Source: Octopus bimaculoides (taxonomy: Eukaryota). Taken from it: a DNA stretch of 42,400 nucleotides. This document shows, in pieces, positions 25,185 through 36,617 of this stretch (its first letter is position 1; the number at the start of each line of letters is the position of its first letter). Position numbers and translations under genes: made by a program. The stretch is from contig NC_068999.1 in assembly GCF_001194135.2 (NCBI RefSeq), positions 38,108,228 to 38,150,627 on the forward strand, in the 5' to 3' direction. Under the pieces are notes generated by a model. The model was not told the origin of the DNA and did no database searches. It worked only from the letters and a program-made list of their open reading frames with translations.

Positions 25185-26314
25185 GCACACATATATATAT
25201 ACATATATATATATATGCACGCACACACATATATGCATAAACATTTATAGACAGAAGTGTGTGTGCGTGTGCGTAAGTATCGTGAGTGTGTTTATATATG
25301 TATAACTGCAAGTATGTTCATTGTGTCAGTTTATGAATATTATAGCTGATCCAATCATCTGCTACTCTGGAATTTCCCCCGACATGTAGTCGACACCTCA
25401 AACGAGATGTATACGATGGTGTGTGCATATGTTTGCCTGTGCTTCTCTATGTCTGTGTGTCTCTATGTCTGCGTGCGCGTGAGTTGATAATGTGTTGATA
25501 ATGGGGAAGTCGTGCTCTGCACAGAGAAACAAGTATCGTACCATTTCATTTAGTCTTCCAAATAAAATACTGACAAGTCAGGGTAATTTTTCTTCAGTTT
25601 GTTAATAGTTTTTCCCGTTTAACCCTTACATAAAAATCATTCTATCTTGTAGTAGTAGTATAGTCGAATGTCTGATTGAAGCGGCCCTCGTCCGGAATAT
25701 CGGATGAACGTCTTGGGCACAGATATTCAATAAGGGGCCGCAAAGTCTCTTGAGAGATACGAAATGACAAAATTAGTCGTTTACTTATACTAGTGTCTTT
25801 GAGTTAAAACATCACATCGTCCTTCATAAAAGCAAAGTCGATGCCATGTTGAATGCCATGTTGAAAATCTTCAGGAATGATGTACATTTCTCATCAAGCT
25901 CGTAAGTAGAACCCTCTAGAAACAGCTTGCACTTGTTACCTCACTGCACCGGCTGAGCCTTGTATCTTTGTAGGAAATCGGCTCCCTCCTCAGTGGGAGA
26001 TTTATAATAATTACAAAAATAGAAGACATAGACATTCATACATATTAACATACATGCATACATGCATACATACATATTGGGGCACGGAGATATGTAACGC
26101 ACTGCCTAAATACAAATCTTGAGAAATTAGACTTCTCAAAACCAGAAAAGAGAAAGCTGATTTAAGGATTACAGATCCAAGCCATCACTGGAAATGTAAA
26201 AGTCTGTAAAACTTACCAGGAGTTTAGCATTTAAGTATATATGAGCATATCTAGACATGCAACTATAGGCATGATAGTACATACATAAAACAAAATTTAC
26301 AAAGCTGCACATAT

Positions 26315-26391
26315 ACCTACCAACCTACCTACCTACCTACCTACCTACCTACCTACCTACCTACCTACCTACTTACCTACCTACCTACCTA
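26315..26391. repeat. (CCTA)n microsatellite
   Basis: Seen directly. Confidence 0.95.
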
Positions 26392-26404
26392 CATTGCTTT
26401 AGAT

Positions 26405-26604
26405 CAGTAGTTCCCAACCTGGGGTCGGCAAAGTCCTAGAGGTCTGCAAAGATAGTATTGGGGGTCTGTGACCTAAACTCAAAATTTCATATATCTATAT
26501 ACATATGGATAAGTATATTAAAAGGGATCCTTGGGATAACTTATTTCAATCAATGGGTTGGGAATCAATGTTGGTAACCACTGTGAAAAGGTTGGGAATC
26601 ACAG
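26405..26604. mobile_element. hAT (Charlie-like) MITE, 200 bp
   Basis: The left end is cagtagttcccaacct, and the right-end reverse complement is ctgtgattcccaacct. CAGTGGTTCCCAACC-type TIRs are typical of hAT-Charlie elements. The 8-bp flanks ctttagat and atctcgag are not identical, but both resemble the nTCTAGAn target preference. Confidence 0.65.
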
Positions 26605-27352
26605 ATCTCGAGCTAAAAGAATAATGAAAAAAAGGAAAAAAAAAACAGCACACACAACAACATCAACGCCAACGATAACGAGAAGCATTATTTTAAATCT
26701 ATGACGGTATAAACCGTCTGCTAAAGACGGGCATCATTAAAAACAAAGGTTAATTATATCTGCAGAAATATGGCAGTGGCAGAAGACATTTCTAGAATCA
26801 ACTAATCGTAATGATTGTACGGAACGTGCACATGAAATAGAAAGTGAAAAAGAAAAAAAAAAACAAGGAAAAGAATAGGAAATGAGGTTAATGGTCGTGA
26901 AATGTAAAACTTAGCTTAACAATAAATCATTTAGGAAATATAGATATGTATTAGAATATTTTATTTTGGTGGAAAAAAAACCCAAATAACAAATGAAAAA
27001 GAAAAGAAATGGAGGAGAATTTAAACCATAGTGAGAATGTTTCCATTTTATGAAAGTGGCATTTAAATTTTACAGAATGCGATTATATGCGAAAATTAGG
27101 ATGTGACCCGTGATCCCATAAATCAGAGCTTTCGTGAACGCTGTTAAAGTAATCTTTATATTAATGACTGTTTTCTGCAATACGTAATTGTATTCCACGT
27201 GGTATGAAGTGAACACCGAGCTAATAGCAATTTTGAAGAAATATCTAAACTGATTAATGTAAGTCTCTTCACACACATACGTACAAACAAACACACACAC
27301 ACATATACACACACAAACACACATACACATAACTATACGTACATTTATATAT

Positions 27353-27395
<43 letters not shown>

Positions 27396-27634
27396 NNNNN
27401 NNNNNNNNNNNNNNNNNNNNNNNNNNNNNNNNNNNNNNNNNNNNNNNNNNNNNNNNNNNNNNNNNNNNNNNNNNNNNNNNNNNNNNNNNNNNNNNNNNNN
27501 NNNNNNNNNNNNNNNNNNNNNNNNNNNNNNNNNNNNNNNNNNNNNNNNNNNNNNNNNNNNNNNNNNNNNNNNNNNNNNNNNNNNNNNNNNNNNNNNNNNN
27601 NNNNNNNNNNNNNNNNNNNNNNNNNNNNNNNNNN

Positions 27635-27709
<75 letters not shown>

Positions 27710-28144
27710 AAGTAAGTGAGAGATACATGCATGTGTAAGTATTCAAGTAAGTATTTATTGATGTATACATATATGTGTGCATATGCATACATGTATAAAC
27801 GCATATATCTCGATGTGTACACACATACCATATTCCTGCATATATACACATATATACATGTATCTTGTAATTTTATCTATATATGGGTGTGTGTGTGTGT
27901 GTGTGCGTGTGTATGCACATGCACGTATATATAATACACGCGTATACACGCGTATACATACATATATACATACATGCATAGATACATGGAATGTAATATG
28001 ATATCATGATAGAAGAAAGCCATGTCAGAATAGAAGCAAGAACTTAAAGCTCATAATCATACATTTTTGACAAACGAGGAATCAGTGGCCGAGGTCAAGT
28101 GAATAAAGCTTTATTACTCCTACCCTTACCTTTGCATTTCAGCT

Positions 28145-28395
28145 ATTATCATCATCATCACCATCATCATCATCAATGTTATCATTGTTGTTGTTATGTT
28201 TATTATCACCATTATTTTTATTTCTAATATTACCGTTATTATTATTACTATTTTTAATATTACCATTATTATTATTATTATTTTTACTATTATTATTATT
28301 ATTATTATCATTATTATTATTATTTTTTTTTTTTATTACCATCATTATTATCATTATTACCATTATCATTATTATTATTATTATCATTATTATTG
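28145..28395. repeat. Degenerate (ATC)n/(ATT)n tract
   Basis: Seen directly. Confidence 0.9.
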
Positions 28396-28739
28396 ATGTA
28401 CAGTATCACTCCACCAGAGATCTAACATATCATTTAGCTAATGGTTTAGTGTCAACATTGCCATCACTACACTGGCCATTCACATTTGGTTATATCACGA
28501 TTGAATCACAAAAGCTTCGTGTTTTCAAATTGCATTTGCTCATATCTTTGCTTGCTCACTTCTTCAAAAGGCACCTCGTTTTGAGGATGGGAGAGAGGGT
28601 CGTTGGTAGATCGTTGATTGTGTTTCACCTATCATGTTTTCGTGATGACTTTCCCTTTTCTTTCCAAACCTGCTGACACCGCTGTTACACCACCACATCC
28701 CTCCACCAAGTCAGGTGGCAATCAAATGGCGTACACCCC

Positions 28740-28950
28740 TACCAGCACCAATATCACCACCGCTCTCACTACCTCCGCCACAAAACATTTACTACTAATA
28801 CTAGCAACGCAACTCCTGCTGCTATTATTATTATTACTACTACCATCGCCGCCACCACCACTATTACTAATACCACCACCACCACCACCACCACCACCAC
28901 CACCACCACCACCATTACTACTACTACATTTATAATAATGACGGTAATGA
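28740..28950. repeat. Degenerate (ACT)/(ATT)/(CCA)n trinucleotide tract
   Basis: Seen directly, with a pure (CCA)n core at about 28870-28915. Confidence 0.85.
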
Positions 28951-29019
28951 AAACGATAATTATTATAATAGCAAGAACAGCAAGAAGAAATATGCACAAC
29001 GCCTGAAACTTCGGTGGAA

Positions 29020-29159
29020 GGAAAGAGTCGATTACAGAACTGGTACTTATTTTATTGACCTCGAACGGATGAAAGGCGAAGTGGACTTCAGCGGAATTTG
29101 AACTCAGAACATGAAATCGGACTAAGCATTTTGCCCGGCGTGCTAACGATTCTGCCAGC
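29020..29159 (-). mobile_element. tRNA-derived SINE (family B, octopus-type) with head, internally deleted
   Basis: The reverse complement starts gctggcagaatcgttagcacgccgggcaaaatgcttag (A-box-like) and contains gttctgagttcaaattcc (B-box-like). It is homologous to 39325-39510. Confidence 0.8.
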
Positions 29160-29539
29160 AATAATAAAAGATACAAAATACATTGAAAGAAAACAGAAAA
29201 ACAGACAGGGATTTGTAAGTGTAAACTAATTTTTAACAAAACTCAAGATGGTGACAAGAAATCTTAGCTCAGAAAATTTTCAGAGTTGTTAGGTTGACAT
29301 CCGAGAAATATTCGTGAAAACCTCACGGAAAGCAAGGTCAACTTGACCCATATTGCAAGACAGTCCCCATTTAGTCCTACTCTACTCTACAATCAGATAC
29401 TCAGAGCACACCCGTTTATTCTCACAATGCTCACCACGATCAACCACCCTTCAACAAATTTGCTAGAAGGCAACATGTTTCTCTTTCATCTTCTTTCATC
29501 CTCTTTCATCCTCTTTTTTATCTCCGTTTAGAGCACAAG

Positions 29540-30105
29540 AATGCTGTAGGACGGTATGGATCCGAGCTGCAACCCTATCGACTTTTCCTGCTTCATTTTC
29601 GCCCCTGTTACAGTGGAGCCGATCACCTCAATATGCTTGACGTCCAGCGCTTTTACGGTGACGTCCTCTGCATATTCCGACACAGATCTTCCGTATCTTA
29701 GTTCGCGCCGGACGCATCCCAAGATGTCTCATTTCTACAGCTGTTTTTATAGCCGAGACTTACAGAAGAGACGAAAATAGACAAACTTGATACAACTGAG
29801 TGTATTATAGAGATCGGAGGTCATTTACTCCCACCACCGAGCAGTAGTGATTGTACATTGCAATGAAAAACCTGCAGAAAACAGGGGTCAATCTGACAGC
29901 TTAGAGGACAATTGGCAAGTATTGACTGTCGACCCGATCGAGATCTTACTACAGATCTGAAATTATCAGGACTACGCCCATGCCAAATTCTCTACCTTTT
30001 TTTCTATAATGTATCGCATGATTTAGAGGTTGTCGTAGATAGATCTTTTTGTGAGGAAACATATCTGCACCTGACCAATCAGATCATCTACGACAATCGC
30101 TCATC
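29540..30105 (-). mobile_element. Decayed L1/Tx1-like LINE reverse transcriptase fragment
   Basis: Minus-strand pieces in RT order are AIVVDDLIGQVQICFLTKRSIYDNL*IMRYIIEK, GMGVVLIISDL**DLDRVDSQYL, YCSVVGVN, QVCLFSSLL (QGCPLSPLL-like) and SVSEYAEDVTV (YADD-like, 29677-29660). These are followed by VTGAKMKQEKSIGL (GAKIN.EKS-like). There are multiple stops and frameshifts. Confidence 0.8.
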
Positions 30106-30944
30106 CTTTTTCTTGCATCATGAAGAATATAATTTATCTGGCGATTTTGAACAAGGATGGCCTCCTTCAAACAATTCCGATATTCTCATTCGTTCCTTCG
30201 CAGGGTGGAATTTATTCAGGCAGTTATTCTTTAAGAATTAGCTGTATTTTTAGGGTGTTGACATTCAGTTCTTTTCAATATGGCCGAATTGTCATTTTTA
30301 CGTTCGACGAGATAAGATAACATCTTTGCAAAACTCGTCAGCACCAGTAACAAGCCTTCTTTTTGTGTAATATTATTGTTGATGCCGAGATATCTTGATG
30401 ATATTGTGAAAAGGGCATAAATCTTTGATGTGCTGGGATACTGCTAGAAGACATTTTATTCTTGCGAAATATGGCATTCGTAATCATGAGATCGTGTCCA
30501 GCATTTCTGGTAAGACGGTGTGTTCCGTTGGCACCGGTCTTGCCACCTTCTTCTTCCCTAATTACTCAACTAGAGAGCGAATGATGTTTCTCAAACCTGA
30601 CAGTAAATTCGTTTAAAGAAGAGAACTTGTCACTTTGGATATGGAGGAGAAGCTCTCGCCCTGTTCACTCTGCTGTAAGCATTCGGTGCTGGTCTCTGGC
30701 TTGAAGGAAGAGGATATTTTTCTGCTAACACTCTAAGGAGGTCTGAAAAAGAAGGAAAGGGTGTTGGAAGCTATCCTCTTCTCACTGATTAAACGGTAAA
30801 GAATACTTAGAAATGTATGTATGAGTATGACTGCTTGTATGTTTTTACGTATTTGTTTTGTGTGTGTGTGTGTTTGTGTGTGCGTGCCTGCGAGCGCGCT
30901 TGTGNNNNNNNNNNGTGTTTGTGTGTGCGTGCCTGCGAGCGCGC

Positions 30945-30979
<35 letters not shown>

Positions 30980-32782
30980 GCGAAACAGTTATGCGTCACA
31001 TATACAATCGATTCCTTGAGATTTCTTCATCGGTGTCATGTATCAATGAGTAATAATCTGTCGCATGACTTGTCGAGAGTTTTTCATTGATTATATGTTG
31101 TAGCTGGCATGGCATTGTCAAGATATGAGTGAAATAAAGGGAATAGAAATATCTGGAACTTCTCAGAAGGAGATTATCAGAAAGTATACCCTGACTGATA
31201 AGCGTCAGTTTATACCCAGAGAAGTACCAAATATCTATTACAAGAGGTCATCAGAAGAAAGGTTGCCTTCACACCGGGAAAAGGTCATCGGTGAGAGGAA
31301 TATATTCACGTAAGTTTCCTTAGTGACGGCAATATTGACAGCTACAGTCGTCTATTGAGGATCACAAAAATACCAGATATTTCTTTCCACGCTGAAAGAT
31401 AATCTTTTGTAATACAACAGCTTGGAAATATGAATCAACTGAACATCTTTGACACCGTATATATATATACAGGTGTATGTATGTATGTATGTATGTATGT
31501 ATGTATGTATTATGTATCAGACACATGCCGTCAGTAATTACTCAGGGTAGGCAATTGGTGATCTTTATGTAGTAAAACACAAAAAATAAGCGAAACACAG
31601 ACGTACGACTGAGTTGAAGGCAGATTTACTTCTGCTTTGATAGTACTTAAAGAAAACGTTGTTGTAAGAATGTACACAACACGTGTGCTACAACAGTACT
31701 CTACATAGTTTTAATACTGAAATTGAAAGGCAGGGGCGAATTATGACTGCCTAATCTAAAAAAAATAATAAATATTTTGCATTTTATACATAGTAATCAG
31801 ACTAACCTTCATAATTTTATTGAATTAAGTGAATATTTTGTCATAAAAGGAAAATGTTGCTATCGATATATTCTATTCAAGGTAGGCACTGCTTACCTTG
31901 CCTACCTGGATAGCACGTACCTGGTATGTATGTATTATGTATGTGTGTACGTATGTCTGTTAGAATGTTTGTGTGTATGTATGTGTGTGTATGCGTGTGT
32001 GATTAAATATGTGTACTCAAGTACGTAGCTATGATTCTGAGAGTAAGAGGGTGAGCAAGAAGCAGAGAGAAAGATTGCGAGAATGATTAGAAGAGCCAGG
32101 TTATGTAGTCCATCTTCGGTGGTTGTTTGAATATATTCTAAATCATGATTGAACGACGTAAGGTTTACTCAAATATAAAAAAAAATACTCGTATAATAAA
32201 TATGAACGACCAATTCGGAAAATATTTCTAAAGATAGGGCAAAATTAACACTCAGTTTCTATATTGTTACAATCAAGGATCTCGGTAAACTGAAAGAACG
32301 CATCAAATATTAAAAAGTTTGCAGCTTATGAAAATTACCGTAAGCTAAAAATATCTGAACCACTGAAAACGGTGCTATATTCGATAACAATATGGTAGAA
32401 TGAAGAAGTATGAAGAACTATAAATATATAGTGGTATGTTAATATACAATAATATGTTAAATTTTAGTTTCTATATGCGTGTGTGTATGTGTTTGTGTTT
32501 ATATATGTATGCATATATTTGTTTTATATTGTTTTCATGTCCACCACATTCAGGTTGAGATGAATAACTGCGATAAAAATAAAAAAGAACAAAGGAAAAA
32601 TAAAGAATAACGCCAGCATACACAAGTATGCCTGTATATGTATATATCTCACTATATATTAGTTTATATACGTAGATAGATAGATATACAGACAGACAGG
32701 CATATAGAGAGATAGATAAGTGTACATACATATGCTTAGGTATGTATACACACAGAGAGACACACACACACACATATATATT

Positions 32783-32900
32783 TCTTTCTGTGGAAAAGCG
32801 TAGGCTCGAAACGTTAAAGACTTGTTCACTTCCTGAGCGTTAAACTGATATATCTGTTTGTTGACAACACCACCTGTCTTGTTTTTTTGTGAATTCTCCC
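32783..32900 (+). mobile_element. Short repeat (probable Penelope-like terminal repeat fragment) with hammerhead-like motif, ending at (TA)n
   Basis: tctttctgtggaaaagcgtaggctcgaaacgttaaaga...acaccacctgtcttg...aattctccc(TA)n. An inverted homolog lies at 33107-33240. Confidence 0.6.
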
Positions 32901-33041
32901 TATATATATATATATATATATATGATGCATGTACCTACACCAATATGTAATGTATTTATACACACACTTATATTTTCCCTTGTACATATGCATACATATA
33001 TTTATATACATGTGAGTTTTATATAAGTATACGTGTGTGTA

Positions 33042-33074
<33 letters not shown>

Positions 33075-33106
33075 TTTGGATTTACAATTTATATATATAT
33101 ATATAT

Positions 33107-33297
33107 GGGAGAATGTACGAAAAAACAACAACAGACGAGGACAGGTGGTGTAAATAACAAAAGGATGTATTAGTATGACGCTCGGGAATACGGAAAGTCT
33201 TTGACGTTTCGAGCTACGCTCTTCAACAGAAAGAATACGGAGACAAGGAGAAAAACACGGAGAAAAAAAATTGAATAGTGTTCAGTCAACGGTCAAT
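33107..33297 (-). mobile_element. Second, inverted copy of the same repeat, ending at (TA)n and cut by gap 33298-33401
   Basis: The reverse complement reads tctttctgttgaagagcgtagctcgaaacgtcaaaga...acaccacctgtcctcg...acattctccc(AT)n. Confidence 0.6.
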
Positions 33298-33401
33298 NNN
33301 NNNNNNNNNNNNNNNNNNNNNNNNNNNNNNNNNNNNNNNNNNNNNNNNNNNNNNNNNNNNNNNNNNNNNNNNNNNNNNNNNNNNNNNNNNNNNNNNNNNN
33401 N

Positions 33402-33560
33402 CTTTTACTTGTCTACAGACTACGACCATGCTGGGGCACCACCTTCAAGGGTTGTAGATGAACGAATAACTCTCACCTCGCAGTATTTTCTTTAAAAAGC
33501 TTGGCATTTATTTTATCGTTCCGTTTTACTGAACCGCCAGGTTATGGGGGTCTAACACAA
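33402..33560 (-). mobile_element. SINE family A, decayed 3' portion
   Basis: ttttacttgtctacagactacgaccatgctggggcaccacc...actgaaccgccaggttatgggg aligns with 16211-16350. Confidence 0.65.
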
Positions 33561-34151
33561 GGACGCACACAGCACTTATTACAAACTGACGCAAACAGCC
33601 ATGTATTTCGGGAGATATTTATTTTCGAGAACTGTAGTTTCACTACTGAAATTGTAATTTGTTTTGTGATGTATCAAAAAATCATGACCTGGGTGACTTG
33701 AACGTAGAACATTGCTAGACATGATTAAACACTTAAAGGTATTCTGTTTCCCTCCTCGTTTTAGCAGATCCATCTTTCATTCTAGACAGACAATACTGTT
33801 AATTATGTATGCTTTATCAAAAGACTAACGATTTTTATTTTACGTATGTAAATACACTGGTTTATATCAATACGTATATATTCATCTCTGCGCGTAGATA
33901 TCTTTGTGGCTTTATGTCTGTGTATACTTTGTTTCCGTATACTCTGCAAATACAAACACACAGGTAAACATAAGTGCATCAGCCATTATGCTTACCGCAC
34001 AGAACCGCAGCATATAGACATGGTCAACTGTGAACAAAGACTTCCTCAGGCATCCTAATACACAGATATACGAAGACAATAGTACACACATATTCATCTA
34101 TCTGTCTATCTCTCTCTCTTTCTATATATTTATTTATCTATCTGTCTCTCA

Positions 34152-34152
<1 letters not shown>

Positions 34153-34209
<57 letters not shown>

Positions 34210-34210
34210 A
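34153..34210. repeat. (TCTA)n microsatellite
   Basis: Seen directly. Confidence 0.95.
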
Positions 34211-36102
34211 TGTATGTATGTACACACACATATGCACACATATATTTATATATGTTTATATATGTGCGTGTGTGTGTATGTATGAAAAATGTATGTAGAC
34301 AGGGAATTAAAATATTGTATCGGAGAAATGATTGAAGAACATTATTAGTTAATTATCCAGTTGGTCATTTATAACGAAGATTATGATATTGGTCGTTACA
34401 ATATGTAAGAAACCTACAACTTCATTGAGTTGCTTGTGTGTACATACCATGTTTGTAGATTACCATTCTTATGATAATTAAGTTTCATCTCTGTTATTAC
34501 TAGATTAAGGCAATAAAAGGAATGTATGCAGATAGAATCGGTAAGAGGTCTACGTATACACGCACAGATCGCTTAGCGCACGCGTAGACTTCTTACCGCA
34601 CGGACGGTAAGAGGTCCACGATCTCGGCCAGACGTCAGATGACTGACAGAGAACGACCGCTTGTGTATTTAAGATTCTGTTAATCCTATTAGGTCAACCG
34701 AGAACAATGGGATTCTTCACCACATCAGGTCTAACCCGTGAATAACTGGAGAAAGGTCTGAGCGGCCAGTTCACTCTCATTAATCTCTCAGTGAAGAAAG
34801 GCGAAAGCAATAGGTTGAGGACGTGTTTGACAATGAGGAGGAAATGTGTATTCAGTTTCGAATTAGCTTAGGTATTCTGTAGCTATTACATACACACATA
34901 TACAATATATATACATACATATATACATATACATACATATATTCCGAACATAAAAATAATTTAACAAATGGAATTTCTAGGGACCACATTCCATTGGTCA
35001 AATTACTTTTTTCTTAGATATTCTGTCCTTCCATTTTCAAAACTGCTAATAGAAGAAAAAAAAACACAAACAATCTTCGACTCAAGCGATTACGACGAAA
35101 TTATGAAGAAAGTATTATTTGGAAAGAAGGAACCTCATGTATTTGACAACCTATTACACCACATTATTTAGAGAGAACTTTTAGTTACCTTTGTAATGAA
35201 ATCCTTTGAAATTGGGTGTAGAAAGATTTTTATGCATTAAAAAATAAAACAATTTGTTAAATAACGAAACAATAAGCTTGTATATTTCCAATAACGAAGG
35301 AAGAAATGTACGGGACCAAAAAATGTGAATAGTTCTATTGAAAGTATACAGCACTACTGACAGTTAGTGGAGTGTATTGTATACGAAAGAAGAGAGGGAA
35401 GGAATGTGTAATCGATAGATAAAGAGATTAGAAGTTAATTTGCAATCAATAGTTCAAACCTATACTATGATTAATTTCATTTTCTGAAACTTTGAAATGT
35501 TTCGACATTTAAAAAGAAACGACTGAAAACGTAAGTGCAAATATAAATAATTGCAAAATATATTCATACACTTCTATTTGTGTAAATGGTTATCACTGAA
35601 ATCGAAAATGTTGTTAGAAAGTGAAAGAATACACACACACACACACACACACACGCACACTTGTTTCAACTCATACACATCATTGATTGCTTTTTCTATA
35701 TTATCCCACAATCATCACCTTTTTATTTATATCTTTTCGAGATTTTTAGACTTTCGCGCTTTCTCCCCACCCAAGCAGCGTTCGCTCTCTGAAAGAAAGG
35801 AAGAGAAATAGATAAGGAAAACGAATAGCGCTTAAAGATTGTATTTTAGTAATAAAAGGAAAAATAAGTGGAAACCTAAATCAAACAAATGAACGTATAG
35901 ATAAGAGGCTCCCGGCCTTCATTCGTGCATTAATTAAGGCGCTTAGGGACGTTTTCGCCTTATATATACTATACATATATAGGCTGTTAAGTGTGTGTGT
36001 GTGTGTGCGCGCGAAGTTTTGTGTGTGTACGTGTACATTTATGCAAGTGTTTAGGTTATGTCTATATATATATATGTTTGTGCGTGAGTAGTATACATGG
36101 AA

Positions 36103-36144
<42 letters not shown>

Positions 36145-36168
36145 ATTGTTGCATACATAGGTGTTGCG

Positions 36169-36617
36169 GGTAATCTTCCAGTTTCGGGAGGTAAAAAAAG
36201 TAAATGAAAATACAAGGGAAATAACTTAACGTCTTACTAGTATTGTCCGTACTCTCCTCACCCCACCCGTTCGAGAGCGCATTTTTTTCTTCATATTCGT
36301 TCACAGCAAGTTGTTTTACACCTATTACACTAATTTATTTCTTTATTTTTGAGCTCGGGTCAAACGCTTTAGTTTGACCATTATTTCCCTATACTGGAAG
36401 GTTATCATAAGTTGTTGTGCAGCCAGTACTATGATATTCAATCACGTGTGTGATTTATATATAAACAGGTAACTTCAATCACGTGTGTGATTTATTTATA
36501 AACAGCTAAAAAAAAAAATTACATTTCAGAGTAGTACGGATAATACTAGTAAGACGTTAAATTATTTCCTTTGTATTTTTATTTACTTATTTTACCTCCC
36601 GAAACTGGAAGCTTACC
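36169..36617. mobile_element. Mutator (MULE)-type MITE, 449 bp, with 85-bp TIRs and a 9-bp TSD
   Basis: TIRs at 36169-36253 and 36533-36617 match at 79 of 85 positions by my count, starting GGTAA and ending TTACC. An identical flanking GGTGTTGCG lies at 36160-36168 and 36618-36626. There is no internal ORF. Confidence 0.85.
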
